A stretch of 59,378 nucleotides of DNA, counting the filler. It is 5 parts of 5 records of this genome, joined end to end, with 100 filler letters (N's around TTAATTAATTAA, not from the genome) between each part and the next. Parts side by side here need not be neighbours in the genome. Positions count along the whole stretch, not along the records: positions 1 to 17,361 come from DRR723986_9180; 4 more parts are not named here. One strand, written 5' to 3'. The first letter of the stretch is position 1. Each line of letters starts with the position of its first letter. Shown in pieces: positions 1 to 10,660 of the stretch. The notes beneath the pieces are model-generated. The model saw only the letters and a list, made by a program, of their open reading frames with translations. It was not told the DNA's origin and made no database searches. The translations under genes were made by a program, and so were the position numbers.

Positions 1-7
1 AGCTGTT

Positions 8-378
8 AGCTTGTGGCTAACAGGTAGTGGCGAAAAATTTCAATTTCAAAATCTTGCCGCTCAGCGGCCTAGACCTCCCGCTAAAAGTCTTTTTGAATGA
101 CTTGAACCAAATTGCCTTTTTTCTGAAGTCATTTGATTTCCTGCCCTTCGCGCTGAGATGCTCCAGCGACTGTTGGATCCCATTTTTTGGCATGCTGACC
201 AAATTTTCAGAGCATTGTGGCCCAAATGCAAACAAGAGACTGAAGCCCGTGCGGCTGAAACATTCCAGCTCCGTGACTAACAAAAAGAAAAAGTAAGCCG
301 CTCCCGGAGGGAAGGCGAAGCGCGCAAGGCGTCAGATGCCGCCAGGCAGATGCGTAGCTGGATGTTAGCTGTGAGCTT
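8..378 (-). repeat. attC-like / MITE-like element bounded by an imperfect inverted repeat
   Basis: AGCTTGTGGCTAACA (8-22) pairs with TGTTAGCTGTGAGCT (~363-377) allowing G-T pairs; an internal 17-mer is shared with 12891-12907. Confidence 0.35.
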
Positions 379-689
379 GACGTTTAATGCAGATTGTTGA
401 GATTCCGATACCTTGAGTATTGCAGCCGTGGAGAAATCAGCGAATCAAATATCCGGTGCCGGAAAGTGGGCTAATGTGCTGAAATGGTGTAACTTAGCGC
501 AGCAGAGTGGTATGGTTTGAAGTGTGCCGGTCTGTGAGCCGGGGGCAGAGTTGCTTGATCAGCGATATATGCCGAAATGATGTGGCTACAGTCTGAGATT
601 GACGGTCATTGTCCGGTCCGTTAACTTTAGCCCGATAGCCGGCGGCTTCCGTGAAAGCGCTCAATACATTTGTTTGACGCTTTTGCTTC

Positions 690-726
690 ATACTTTCAAT
701 CAATACTTTCAATTAATACTTCCGTT
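690..726 (+). promoter_or_regulatory. Three direct repeats with 13-bp period upstream of the T9SS cargo gene
   Basis: ATACTTTCAAT at 690 and 703, degenerate ATACTTCCGTT at 716. Confidence 0.4.
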
Positions 727-774
727 AACAAAAACAACTGAACGCCCCGCGCCAGTTAACAGGAAAGGCCTGAA

Positions 775-2409
775 ATGCTAAAGTTGTTATGCTCCGGGTT
801 TGTGTTGTTGAGCCTAATGAGCTTATCGGCATTTGCAGCAACATTTTACGTTGATCCCTTGAATGGGGAAATTAACAACGACGGATCCAGGAATGCGCCG
901 TGGAGAACACTTGCTGAGGTTTTTGCAAATGACCTTGTTGAGTCTTTCACCTATCAGCCCTTGCCATTTGAAGCCGGAACCAGTACACTGGTAGTTAAAC
1001 ATGAGGGAGCACCTGTTAAGTCCGGAGATACGCTTGTTCTGCGCAATGGACTACATGGGACGCTGCTGCTGCGGAACTTTAATAATTCTGAGTTTGTAAC
1101 GATTATCGCTGAAGACGGGCACACACCGGTGCTGGAGCGCGTCCAGTTAACAGGCTGCAAGAATTGGAGACTGCAGGGCTTAACTATTAGTGGTGAACCC
1201 TACAATAGCTTTTCGCGCGGGCGTTTGATCTACCTGGAACGCCATGGTTTTCAGGGGCCCTGTTCCAAGATTGATATTGTCGATTGTGAAATATTCAGTG
1301 CTGACGAGCCCTGGACCGAAGCCGCTGATTGGTCGGAAAAGGCGAGCGAGGGGATTCACTGTCGCGCCGATTCAGTTAATATGATTAACAACCGGATCCG
1401 CAACGTGCGCATGGGCATTCAGGCGATTGGTGACTATTGTAATGCGATCGGAAATCAGATAGTTAACTTTTCGGGTGACGGCATGCGCGTGCTGGGAAGT
1501 AATATTCTGTTTGAAGCCAATCTGATCAAAAACTGCTACAACGTGGACGAGAACCACGATGATGGCATTCAATCATTTAACATTGATCAATACACCGTTG
1601 ACAATGTAATTTTGCGTGGCAATACAATTATTAACAACGAAGACCCCAATCAGCCCCTGGCGGGACCACTACAGGGGATGGGCTTTTTTGACGGCCCCTA
1701 CAACAACTGGATCGTTGAGAATAACTTAATTGTGGTAGACCACTGGCATGGCATTACCTTCATGGGCGGCAGGCAGTGCATCGTGCGTAATAACACGGTT
1801 TTGGACCCGACACCGGATGTGAGGCCCGGCCCATCCTGGATTCGGATCGATCCTGATAAGGATGGTACACCAAGTGTTAACTGCATTGTGAGTAGCAATG
1901 TAGCACATTCGTTTCCGGTTACGGGCGGGGTGGAGCACAATAATATCTCCCTGGCGACTACAGCAGAATATAGCCGGAACTTTGTTAACTGGTCTGAGTT
2001 TGACTTCAGATTGTTGCCGGAAAGTAGGCTGATTGACGCCGGCCACGCAACAGATTTCGCATCGGAAGATATGGATGGCAACCGCAGGCCACAAGGTGCA
2101 AGTGCCGATGCCGGTTGTTTTGAGTTTGTGGCTGTATCGACCGATGTTGTGGAATCGGGCAGGAAAGCAGCAACACCGCGATTCGAGATTTACCCGAATC
2201 CTGCGACAGATTTATTTGTGATCTACGGAGACTTAAATGGTCTGCAAGCCGTAGTTGTTAACCTTGATGGACGGGCTGTGCAGCACTACCAGGCATCGTC
2301 GGCAATGCTGCACTTAAACATATCTGAACTTCCCGCGGGCATGTATTTCGTACAGCTGCGCGATGGGAGCGGTTCGACAGTTCAGACTTCCAAGCTGCTT
2401 AAACACTAG
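775..2409 (+). CDS. Secreted right-handed beta-helix (pectin lyase-like) protein with T9SS type A C-terminal sorting domain
   Basis: Signal peptide; Asn/Gly-rich parallel beta-helix repeats; DFRL..S..IDAG...D.DG..R...D.G.FE (choice-of-anchor Q-like); C-terminal YPNP...LPAGMYFVQL...KLLK. Confidence 0.85.
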   Translation: MLKLLCSGFVLLSLMSLSAFAATFYVDPLNGEINNDGSRNAPWRTLAEVFANDLVESFTYQPLPFEAGTSTLVVKHEGAPVKSGDTLVLRNGLHGTLLLRNFNNSEFVTIIAEDGHTPVLERVQLTGCKNWRLQGLTISGEPYNSFSRGRLIYLERHGFQGPCSKIDIVDCEIFSADEPWTEAADWSEKASEGIHCRADSVNMINNRIRNVRMGIQAIGDYCNAIGNQIVNFSGDGMRVLGSNILFEANLIKNCYNVDENHDDGIQSFNIDQYTVDNVILRGNTIINNEDPNQPLAGPLQGMGFFDGPYNNWIVENNLIVVDHWHGITFMGGRQCIVRNNTVLDPTPDVRPGPSWIRIDPDKDGTPSVNCIVSSNVAHSFPVTGGVEHNNISLATTAEYSRNFVNWSEFDFRLLPESRLIDAGHATDFASEDMDGNRRPQGASADAGCFEFVAVSTDVVESGRKAATPRFEIYPNPATDLFVIYGDLNGLQAVVVNLDGRAVQHYQASSAMLHLNISELPAGMYFVQLRDGSGSTVQTSKLLKH

Positions 2410-2440
2410 ATGTTCACAAAGATTTTGGCGGCCGTCGGAA

Positions 2441-3982
2441 TTATTCCCACTCGATTGTAGCCGGCGGTTTGCTGGAGATGTCATAAACAACACGATTGAT
2501 GCCGCGGACTTCGTTAATGATCCGATTCGACATACGCGCCAGGACTTCATAGGGCATGTGATACCAATCGGCGGTCATGCCGTCGGTACTGGTTACGGCC
2601 CGCAGCCCGCAGACGTGTTCGTAGGTTCTTTCATCGCCCATAACACCAACGGTTTGGACGGGCAGCAGCACGGCAAAAGCCTGCCAGATTTCGTTGTAAA
2701 GACCGGCCTTGCGAATTTCATCCAGGTAGATTTCATCAGCTTCGCGCAGGACGTTTAAGCGCTTGCGCGTGATTTCACCGGGAACACGGATGGCAAGCCC
2801 CGGGCCAGGGAAGGGATGGCGTTCGATGAAGCTGGCCGGGATGTCGAGAGCGCGGCCCACGGCGCGTACTTCGTCCTTAAACAATTCGCGGAAAGGTTCG
2901 ACCAGTTTAAGGTCCATGCGTTCGGGCAGGCCACCAACATTGTGATGGGTTTTAATGGTGACCGATGGACCTTTAAACGAAACGGATTCGATGACGTCAG
3001 GGTAAAGCGTGCCCTGAGCCAGCCACTTGGCGTCGTTAAACTTTTTGGCCTCTTTTTCGAAGATGTCGATAAAAGTATTGCCAATAATTTTGCGTTTGCG
3101 CTCGGGATCGCTGATACCTTCCAGGCGAGTGAGGAAGAGATCACTTGCATCTACAAAGTCGATCGACATGTTAAAATGTTCGCGGAACATTTCGATTACG
3201 CCACGACTCTCGTCTTTGCGCATCAGCCCATTATCGATATGAATGCAGTGGAGCTTGTCGCCAATCGCATGGTGCAGCAGCACGGCTGCAACGGTTGAAT
3301 CAACGCCGCCGCTCAGCGCGCAGATTACGCCGTCTTCACCGACGCTGGCGCGGATGTCACGCGTGGCGGACTCGATAAACAATTCGGGGTTCCAGCCGCC
3401 TTTGCATTTGCAGATGTTAAACAGAAAGTTGTGCAGCAGCTGTTTGCCATGTGTGCTGTGGTGTACTTCGGGGTGGAACTGCACACCAAATACTGGTTGT
3501 CCTTTTTTGCGAACGGCGCAAATTGGAGCGTTTTCCGTATGCGCAATTATCTCAAAGTCTTCAGGCAGTTTCGTTAGTGAGTCGCCGTGGCTCATCCAAA
3601 CCTGTGAGTCGGCGGGGATATTGGCCAGCAGATCCTGATCGCCGTGGACCTGAATGTGTGCGCGTCCAAATTCGCGCTTGGCAGCCGGATCTACCTGCCC
3701 GCCAAAACGCTGAGCGAGTAATTGCAGGCCGTAGCAGATTCCAAGTAGCGGGACACCGGCTTCAAAGACGGCATCGTTGGGATGTGGGGCTCCATCGTCA
3801 TACACACTGCGCGGGCCGCCCGAAAGGATTATGCCTTTAGGAGCTATGGCTTTGATGTCAGCCGCGCTAATGTTAAACGGATGTATCTCCGCAAAGACGC
3901 CACACTCGCGAACTTTGCGAGCTATCAGTTGCGTGTATTGCGAACCGAAATCAAGAATCAGAATGCGTTCGGCGATATCCAT
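2441..3982 (-). CDS. guaA: GMP synthase (glutamine-hydrolysing)
   Basis: [40 protein letters not shown]-terminal KPPATIEWE. Confidence 0.98.
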   Translation of the reverse strand: MDIAERILILDFGSQYTQLIARKVRECGVFAEIHPFNISAADIKAIAPKGIILSGGPRSVYDDGAPHPNDAVFEAGVPLLGICYGLQLLAQRFGGQVDPAAKREFGRAHIQVHGDQDLLANIPADSQVWMSHGDSLTKLPEDFEIIAHTENAPICAVRKKGQPVFGVQFHPEVHHSTHGKQLLHNFLFNICKCKGGWNPELFIESATRDIRASVGEDGVICALSGGVDSTVAAVLLHHAIGDKLHCIHIDNGLMRKDESRGVIEMFREHFNMSIDFVDASDLFLTRLEGISDPERKRKIIGNTFIDIFEKEAKKFNDAKWLAQGTLYPDVIESVSFKGPSVTIKTHHNVGGLPERMDLKLVEPFRELFKDEVRAVGRALDIPASFIERHPFPGPGLAIRVPGEITRKRLNVLREADEIYLDEIRKAGLYNEIWQAFAVLLPVQTVGVMGDERTYEHVCGLRAVTSTDGMTADWYHMPYEVLARMSNRIINEVRGINRVVYDISSKPPATIEWE

Positions 3983-4172
3983 ACGAGTACTCGTTTAACA
4001 GGATCGTGAAAAGGAAGGGGATGGAGCGCATAGGCGCAGCAAACAAAAAGAGGCCGACGCATAACACGCGCCTTTATTACACCCCGGCCCTGCAGGCGTG
4101 GCGCAGTGTGATACCTAAGCTGCTGCGCGTCCAGGGTTAAGCGGGCACCGCGCCCGGCATTGCCAATTTTGC

Positions 4173-6452
4173 CTAAAAGGCGTGCCCAATTCCAACGCGC
4201 CAGTAGACCCTGAAAGGGCGATCCCAGAGCCAGGCGTCATCGCTTCGCAGGGGATCGTGCACGCGTGTGGCAAAGTCAAAGCGGAATGGACCAAACGGCA
4301 GATCATAGCGAAATCCGAGGCCAACACCCAGAGCCATTTCCTGCAAAATATTGCTGAAGGCAGTGAAAGGGTTGTTGGTATATCCGTCGGCTTTCTGCAG
4401 CAGGCTGTTGTCAGTATTGCCGGCGTCTACAAATCCAACCACGCTGAGCGCCATAACTATCTGGTCCCAATCATCGCGAGGAGTAGTGCGGCTGGTGATT
4501 TTTTGGCGCCATTCAAAACTGGTTTCCAGGAGCGTGCCGCTACCGGTTTGTTGTGCGGCTTCGCGAATGTCGCGGTCAGTTGAAAGTTCGGTAGTAATCG
4601 GTTCGGTTCGCACCTCGCGGGCGCTCCAGGCACGCAGGCTGCTGGTACCGCCGGCAAAGTACATTTCGTTGGCTGGGATTGGTCCGCCGTTTTCTTTACT
4701 GTTCCACCAGATGTGGCCCATTCTGAGCTTAAATGCACTGGTGCCGGTTGCTGTGATGCCAAGGTATCCCAGGAAGTTCACATCCAGCTTGATCATGTTC
4801 GAGGCTTTGGGTAAAAAGCCAAATTTTGCGCCACCGCTTATCAGGTATCCTCGCGTAGGTGAGAATGGATGGTTGCGCGTATCGCCAATTGCAGATCCTT
4901 CGAGGGCGAATGCAGTAAAAACTGAGCCGTCAGCCGCGGCCTGATCGAGCAACTCGTACTGATACAGAATCTGGTCGATGGCATCGATACTTGCACCTTC
5001 CTCTGAAAAACTCTCGCGATCCTCAGCCAGATTAACCGGTTCTTCCCATAGGTAGCTGACTCTGGCACTCAGCCGCTGAAAGAAGTTGTGCGGGCGTAAA
5101 CGAATGGCGGCGAATACGGACGCCTCGCGTGTTACCAGGGTTAGGTCAAACTTATCAATCGGCACGGTTCGGTTTGAATACTGGCCATCAATGCCGCCGT
5201 CAACGGGGCGGCTGTTGATACTGAAGAGATAGGGCTGCGTGAATTCACCCCCACCTATGACTTCCGTTGCAATCGTTGGAAAACCTTCGGTTAGTGTTCC
5301 GGTAAAATCGACGATTGAACCCCTGCCGTACAGATTGATCTGCTGTGCGCCGCCAAACAGATTGCGATAAATAAAATTGGCTTCCAGACCAAGGTTCCAG
5401 AAATCTTCGTTGAACCCCTTGTCAAAAATGATAGTCGCGCCGTACTCACCCAGGTCACGCGTTACGGTAAAGACCGTCAGCGTGAGCGTGGAGTCCATGG
5501 TGACGTTGCCGACGGTATCAATTGAGACGCGCTCATAGGTACCGAGGCCGTAGATGTTTTGCACGGAGTTCTCAACCTTCTCCGCGTTGTACCAGTCACC
5601 TTCCTTGAATTCCAGCTGCCGGCGCCGCATGTTTTGTGAGACTCCACGCTGGCCGCGCGTGCTATCGATAAACTTGATGTCACCAATGCGTACGCGCGGT
5701 CCTGCAAAGAAGCGGATTGTGATACTGTCACTGTTGCGCGCTTCATCGAAGGAAACGGTAGGGCGTTGGCGCGAAGCAAAGTAATAGCCATTGTTGCGCA
5801 AAACCTTCAGCACACGATCGCTCTCATTGCCAACCAGGGATGCGCGGAAAACGCCGCGCAGGCTGTCGGTTCGTTCTGCGGCGATACGTTTTTCGACTTC
5901 GGGGGCGACTGTCTCAAGGCCCAACCATACTACGGTGTCCAGCCGTGCCGGTGCGTTTTCCTGAATTTCGAATACCAGGGTATTGCGTTCCGTGCTGTTG
6001 TTTTGTTCCACGTAGGCGCGTGCTGAGGCGTTGTGGTATCCATTGACGTCATAGAGCCGTTCAATATCCTCAATGTCGGCTTTGACCGTCTCACGGTCAA
6101 AGTATTGCCGAAACTGATCGATATTTTTGCTGATACGGCGGAACGATTGCTGGAGGCCATCAGGCGCATGCGGGTGTTGACGTATGCGTTTGGAGTAATA
6201 CTCAAGGGATTGGTCTATTTGGCCCAGCTCGGTAGCGCGCGTTGTGATCAGGCCCAAAAGTGTCTCGTCATTGAAGGCAGTGTTGTTGGCAAAGCGAATA
6301 GAGTGGATCTCGGTGCCAATTCGCCCACTAACCTGCGGAATTTCTTCACCACGTTCATTTTGTGCCGGCGCTGGCTGCGCTAAAAAAAAGAGCAGCGCCA
6401 GTAAGGTTCCCGAAAGAACTCTGTATGCAACCGAGCTCACTTCCGTGTACAT
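4173..6452 (-). CDS. Omp85 (BamA/TamA-family) outer-membrane protein with POTRA domains
   Basis: Signal peptide, about three POTRA-like repeats, YFAGG..SLRAW loop-6 motif, GLGFRYDLPFGPFRFDFA, terminal GHAF. Confidence 0.85.
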   Translation of the reverse strand: MYTEVSSVAYRVLSGTLLALLFFLAQPAPAQNERGEEIPQVSGRIGTEIHSIRFANNTAFNDETLLGLITTRATELGQIDQSLEYYSKRIRQHPHAPDGLQQSFRRISKNIDQFRQYFDRETVKADIEDIERLYDVNGYHNASARAYVEQNNSTERNTLVFEIQENAPARLDTVVWLGLETVAPEVEKRIAAERTDSLRGVFRASLVGNESDRVLKVLRNNGYYFASRQRPTVSFDEARNSDSITIRFFAGPRVRIGDIKFIDSTRGQRGVSQNMRRRQLEFKEGDWYNAEKVENSVQNIYGLGTYERVSIDTVGNVTMDSTLTLTVFTVTRDLGEYGATIIFDKGFNEDFWNLGLEANFIYRNLFGGAQQINLYGRGSIVDFTGTLTEGFPTIATEVIGGGEFTQPYLFSINSRPVDGGIDGQYSNRTVPIDKFDLTLVTREASVFAAIRLRPHNFFQRLSARVSYLWEEPVNLAEDRESFSEEGASIDAIDQILYQYELLDQAAADGSVFTAFALEGSAIGDTRNHPFSPTRGYLISGGAKFGFLPKASNMIKLDVNFLGYLGITATGTSAFKLRMGHIWWNSKENGGPIPANEMYFAGGTSSLRAWSAREVRTEPITTELSTDRDIREAAQQTGSGTLLETSFEWRQKITSRTTPRDDWDQIVMALSVVGFVDAGNTDNSLLQKADGYTNNPFTAFSNILQEMALGVGLGFRYDLPFGPFRFDFATRVHDPLRSDDAWLWDRPFRVYWRVGIGHAF

Positions 6453-6480
6453 GTGGCGTTTGGATCAACGTTAAAACGAA

Positions 6481-6509
6481 AGCCTGACCTTTGCGTTCGG
6501 GGTCAGGCT
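6481..6509 (-). terminator. Hairpin, probable terminator of the DUF2795 gene
   Basis: AGCCTGACC/GGTCAGGCT stem followed by a T-rich tract on the minus strand. Confidence 0.55.
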
Positions 6510-6554
6510 CTAAAAATTGTACGCCGGCCGGGAAGTCGGTTATGAATTGGCAGG

Positions 6555-6788
6555 TTAATAGTACTCGTCTTCATCTTCATCGAAGTAGAAGTCGTCGTCC
6601 TGATTGATGTACTCTGGCCAGATGTCTTCGATGCCCTCAAAGAGAACATCTTCTTCTTCCAGCTCACCAAGGTTCTCGAGTACCTGCATCGGTGCCCCGG
6701 TCCGCTCACAGTAATCTATCAGCTCTTCCCGTGTAGCGGGCCATGGTGCATCTTCAAGAAAAGATGCCAGTTCAGGAGTCCATATCAT
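6555..6788 (-). CDS. DUF2795-family small acidic protein (77 aa)
   Basis: MIWTPELASFLEDAPWPATREELIDYCERTGAP...IEDIWPEY matches the conserved Bacteroidota/Chlorobiota protein; start moved to ATG 6788. Confidence 0.85.
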   Translation of the reverse strand: MIWTPELASFLEDAPWPATREELIDYCERTGAPMQVLENLGELEEEDVLFEGIEDIWPEYINQDDDFYFDEDEDEYY

Positions 6789-6849
6789 CGGGATTACCCT
6801 CTGCGGAGAGTCAATAAGCAGTGCGCTTCTTGCGCAATAAATTTTCGCG

Positions 6850-6881
6850 CGAAAATACGATGCATTCACGCGGAAGTCAAG
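6850..6881 (-). promoter_or_regulatory. Bacteroidota-type housekeeping promoter variant
   Basis: CTTG-N20-TATTTTCG on the minus strand; overlaps the perfect palindrome ATTTTCGCGCGAAAAT (6841-6856). Confidence 0.5.
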
Positions 6882-6898
6882 GTAATTCGCTCAAGGCC

Positions 6899-8446
6899 CT
6901 AGGCATTCCAGTACTGGCGGTCCAAACTTCGGTACTGAATTGCCTCTGCCACGTGATTAACTTCGATGGCTGAGCAGCCCGCCAAATCGGCGATACTCCG
7001 CGCCAGCTTTAGGATTCTGTCGAAGGCGCGTGCCGAAAGACCAAGTCGTGTCATCGCTACTTTCAGCAAATCTTTGCCTTCCGCATCCAGCGCACAAAAT
7101 TTTCGGATGGCGGCGCTGTCCATGTCCGCATTTTTGTAAATGTGCGGCTGATCGGCGAAGCGCTGCGTCTGAATTTTGCGGGCCGCTACAACCCGTTCGC
7201 GAATGACGCTGGAGTCCTCTCCAATGTACTTGCCGCTGAGTTCCTGGTAGCGGACGGCGTTGACGCTGATGTGTATGTCAATCCGGTCTAAAAGTGGACC
7301 GGAGATACGGCTCATATAGCGCTGAATTTGCCGCTGCGAACAGGTGCAGTCGTGTCGCCCGCTCCCAAAATTGCCGCAGGGGCAGGGATTCATGGAGCAA
7401 ACTAACATAAAGTTTGCTGGAAATTCAACTGTCATGCGCGTGCGTGAGATACAAATCTGTTTATCCTCCAGCGGCTGCCGCAGCACTTCCAGAACGTTAC
7501 GTGCAAATTCAGGCAACTCGTCCAGGAAAAGAACACCATGGTGCGCCAGCGAAATTTCTCCGGGCCGTACCATGCTCATGCCGCCGCCCACCAGGGCAGC
7601 ATCTGAAATTGTGTGGTGTGGTGAGCGGAACGGGCGCGCGGCTACCAGTGAGTCGCGCTCAGGCAGAATGCCTGCCGCTGAGTGTATGCGCGTCGTTTCC
7701 ATCGCTTCTTCCAGTGCCAGTGGCGGCAGAACGGAGGGCAGGCGCTTGGCGAGCATCGTTTTACCGCTACCCGGCGGGCCTACCATGATCAGGTTGTGGC
7801 CGCCGGCGGCCCCGACTTCCAGCGCGCGTTTGACCGTCTCCTGGCCTTTGACATCGTGCAGGTTGTATGCTGAGGGCGTCTGTGACGCAAATATTTTGTT
7901 CGTATCGACTTTGAGTGCGGGAATACGCCTTTTGCCGTTAAGGTGCTCAACGGCCTGTCTGAGCGTCTCCAGCGGAAAAATCTCAAGGTCATCCAGCATG
8001 GCCGCCTCACGCGCGTTTACGGCCGGTAGGAACATGCGTTTAAGACCGCTCTTGCGCGCCTCCAGGGCAATCGAGAGCGCACCGCGAATCGGACGTATGG
8101 ACCCGTCCAGCGCCAGCTCGCCCAGGAACATTGCGTCGTCTACCGCTGCTTCTTCGGCACTTATCTGCTCGGCGGCACAGAGAATGCCAATTGCTATCGG
8201 CAGGTCAAATGCGCTGCCTTCCTTGCGAACATCGGCCGGAGCCAGATTTAAAGTGATTTTGCGCAGTGGAAAGCTGAAGTCCGAATTCTTGATCGCCGCA
8301 GGTACACGCTCACGCGCCTCACGTACCGCCGAGTCCGGCAAGCCGACCACGGCAAAGCCGGGGAGGCCGTTCTCCAAATGTGTCTCGATGGTAACCAAAA
8401 AAGCGCTCACCCCAAGTGTCGCTGCCGAAGATAAACGTGAAAACAT
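6899..8446 (-). CDS. comM: YifB/ComM family Mg-chelatase-like AAA+ ATPase
   Basis: VGLPDSAVREARERV, GPPGSGKT, PFRSPHHT, GEISLAHHGVLFLDE, NPCPCG, SGPLLDRID. Confidence 0.93.
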   Translation of the reverse strand: MFSRLSSAATLGVSAFLVTIETHLENGLPGFAVVGLPDSAVREARERVPAAIKNSDFSFPLRKITLNLAPADVRKEGSAFDLPIAIGILCAAEQISAEEAAVDDAMFLGELALDGSIRPIRGALSIALEARKSGLKRMFLPAVNAREAAMLDDLEIFPLETLRQAVEHLNGKRRIPALKVDTNKIFASQTPSAYNLHDVKGQETVKRALEVGAAGGHNLIMVGPPGSGKTMLAKRLPSVLPPLALEEAMETTRIHSAAGILPERDSLVAARPFRSPHHTISDAALVGGGMSMVRPGEISLAHHGVLFLDELPEFARNVLEVLRQPLEDKQICISRTRMTVEFPANFMLVCSMNPCPCGNFGSGRHDCTCSQRQIQRYMSRISGPLLDRIDIHISVNAVRYQELSGKYIGEDSSVIRERVVAARKIQTQRFADQPHIYKNADMDSAAIRKFCALDAEGKDLLKVAMTRLGLSARAFDRILKLARSIADLAGCSAIEVNHVAEAIQYRSLDRQYWNA

Positions 8447-8689
8447 GCATTTGCCTTTGTTAGTCCGGGAATCATCCGCCAGGGCACCAATGTGCGGCTG
8501 GTGATGCGCATGCTACATCCGCAGTCCACGGCTATCAATGGCAATCGATTAACCGGGCGAAATAGCTGCATGAAGTGCCGCTACAAGCAATTAATCGTAT
8601 CTTTCGCGCACCTCAGGCCTCCGCAGCTCCCGGATGCCGGGCTGCTCAATTGTTCTTGTTTCTGACCATTAATTTCCGGCTGATAATCT

Positions 8690-10183
8690 ATGAAGCGCAT
8701 TCCCCTGCATGTCCAGATCCTGGTGGCATTGGTACTAGGTGCTGTTTTAGGGGCGATCGTCCCCGTGGACCATTCAATGCTCGTGGTTGAACACGATGGC
8801 GGCACTAGCGAAGTTACCGACTGGCGTCAGGTGCGAGTGGTGTATTCCACTGGCGACTCACAATTGATTGACGGCGGAGTAGCCGCGGCGGTCGTAAATC
8901 ACATCAAAAATCTCAAAGGCAAACAGCGTGAGAATCTCAAGCTCGACATCGATCAGGGCGAAGGCCGTGAGCTGAGTTTTGTCAACGTGCAGTCCGTGAG
9001 CAAACACTCAACGATCGCAACCATGATCGATCCGCTCGGCACACTGTTCCTCAACCTGCTCAAAATGGTCGCGATTCCACTTGTCCTGGGCTCGCTCATA
9101 ATTGGCGCGGCTTCACTCGGTGACGTACGCAAAATGGCGCGCATCGGTGGTAAAACGATTGGTTTCTACCTCGTCACAACCAGCCTGGCAATCTCACTGG
9201 GCCTGCTGGCCGCAAACGTCGTTCAGCCGGGACTGCGCGTGCCTGCCGGGGTGACTGATCGCCTCATGGTCGATTTTGGCGACCAGGCGCAGAGCAAAAT
9301 GGAAAATGTGGCCGTTGACCTCAATCCGATGGATTTCATCTTGAGCTTGGTGCCGACGAATCCTTTTGATGCCATGGCCGATGGTTCGATGCTGCACATC
9401 GTTTTTTTCGCGGTGTTTTTTGGCATGATGCTCAGCCTCCTGCCACGCGAAAAAAATGAGACTCTGCTCAAATTTTTTGAAGGGCTCAGTGATGTCTCCA
9501 TCAAAATGGTTGACGTCATCATGCTCATCGCTCCGATTGGAGTCTTTGCGCTGATGGCGGCGACCATCTCCAATTTTGGCGTTGAAATTCTCTACGCTTT
9601 GGGCTGGTACGTCGCGACCGTCGTCGGCGCGTTACTCCTGCACGCCTTTGGAGTTTATCCACTGATTCTAACGATCACTTCGCGTGTTAACCTCAAACAT
9701 TTCTTTAGCGGCATGCGCAAGGCTATCCTGGTGGCATTCAGCACCAGTTCCAGCGCCGCCACCCTGCCGGTAACCATGGAGTGTGCGGACAAAATGGGAG
9801 TGCCCAAAACGGCCTCGTCATTTGTGCTGCCTTTGGGCGCAACGATAAACATGGATGGAACTGCTCTGTATCAGGGAGTTGCAGCAGTGTTTATCGCCCA
9901 GGTGTTTATGATCGATCTTTCACTGGGAGCGCAGCTCGGGATTGTACTAACGGCCACGCTGGCGTCCATCGGAACCGCGCCAATTCCCGGCGTAGGTATC
10001 GTTATGCTGATCGTTGTTCTGCAACAGGCCGGAATTCCCGCCGAAGGCATTGCTTTGATCCTTGGCGTTGACCGTATCCTCGATATGATTCGCACAAGCG
10101 TAAATGTTACCGGTGATGCGACTGCGACGGTGTTCGTAGCCAGCAGCGAAGGTCTGCTGTCTTCACTGCGCGCACCAAAATAA
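8690..10183 (+). CDS. Dicarboxylate/amino acid:cation symporter (DAACS, GltP-like)
   Basis: AFSTSSSAATLP, LPLGATINMDGTA, ILDMIRT.VNV.GD motifs; extra soluble segment after TM1. Confidence 0.93.
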   Translation: MKRIPLHVQILVALVLGAVLGAIVPVDHSMLVVEHDGGTSEVTDWRQVRVVYSTGDSQLIDGGVAAAVVNHIKNLKGKQRENLKLDIDQGEGRELSFVNVQSVSKHSTIATMIDPLGTLFLNLLKMVAIPLVLGSLIIGAASLGDVRKMARIGGKTIGFYLVTTSLAISLGLLAANVVQPGLRVPAGVTDRLMVDFGDQAQSKMENVAVDLNPMDFILSLVPTNPFDAMADGSMLHIVFFAVFFGMMLSLLPREKNETLLKFFEGLSDVSIKMVDVIMLIAPIGVFALMAATISNFGVEILYALGWYVATVVGALLLHAFGVYPLILTITSRVNLKHFFSGMRKAILVAFSTSSSAATLPVTMECADKMGVPKTASSFVLPLGATINMDGTALYQGVAAVFIAQVFMIDLSLGAQLGIVLTATLASIGTAPIPGVGIVMLIVVLQQAGIPAEGIALILGVDRILDMIRTSVNVTGDATATVFVASSEGLLSSLRAPK

Positions 10184-10293
10184 ACTTGTAAGACTGCTCC
10201 GGGATCGGCAGGTGAAGCCGGTCCCGGAGTACTCAGTATTTTCTTGCTGTACCAAATTCTCGCTGTACCAAGCCAAATGCTTTAAAAACACAA

Positions 10294-10330
10294 AACGTCG
10301 TCGGTACGCATGCTGCGCTCCAACGACGTT
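10294..10330. terminator. Hairpin between the convergent symporter gene and tRNA pair
   Basis: AACGTCGTCGG / CCAACGACGTT stem flanked by A- and T-rich tracts. Confidence 0.5.
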
Positions 10331-10341
10331 ATGTTTTTCTG

Positions 10342-10425
10342 TACAAGAGGCGGGGGTCGAACCCGCACGGGTTTTATCCCACTGGATTTTGAGTCCAGCG
10401 CGTCTGCCAATTCCGCCACTCTTGC
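10342..10425 (-). tRNA. tRNA-Leu(CAA)
   Basis: Reverse complement GCAAGAGTGGCGGAATTGGCAGACGCGCTGGACTCAAAATCCAG...GGTTCGACCC...CTCTTGTA; long variable arm; CCA not encoded. Confidence 0.95.
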
Positions 10426-10430
10426 TCGTG

Positions 10431-10505
<75 letters not shown>

Positions 10506-10532
10506 GTCCCATACGTCCCTAACGGAAGGCGA

Positions 10533-10564
10533 CAAACCTACGGTATTTAGAAACCAATCCCAAA
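10533..10564 (-). promoter_or_regulatory. Bacteroidota-type -33/-7 promoter for the tRNA pair
   Basis: TTTG-N20-TAGGTTTG, an exact match to TTTG-N19-21-TAnnTTTG. Confidence 0.7.
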
Positions 10565-10660
10565 TACTTTCTGCAAAATTTGGGAAAAAAAATTGTTTGG
10601 CGCTAATTGCAGTGCTCACTCAATCCAGTCCTTCAATTTCAGCCCGGAGCCTCCAAGCCC

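Noticed and set aside
17..296. Two overlapping ~88-aa ORFs at the window start
   Set aside because: They lie inside the repeat-bounded element on opposite strands and show no protein-like motifs
3983..4172. Possible purine riboswitch upstream of guaA (also checked upstream of ade)
   Set aside because: No recognisable purine-riboswitch core by eye; an Rfam/Infernal search would be needed to exclude it fully
7344..8504. 386-aa plus-strand ORF
   Set aside because: Antisense shadow of comM with no recognisable motifs
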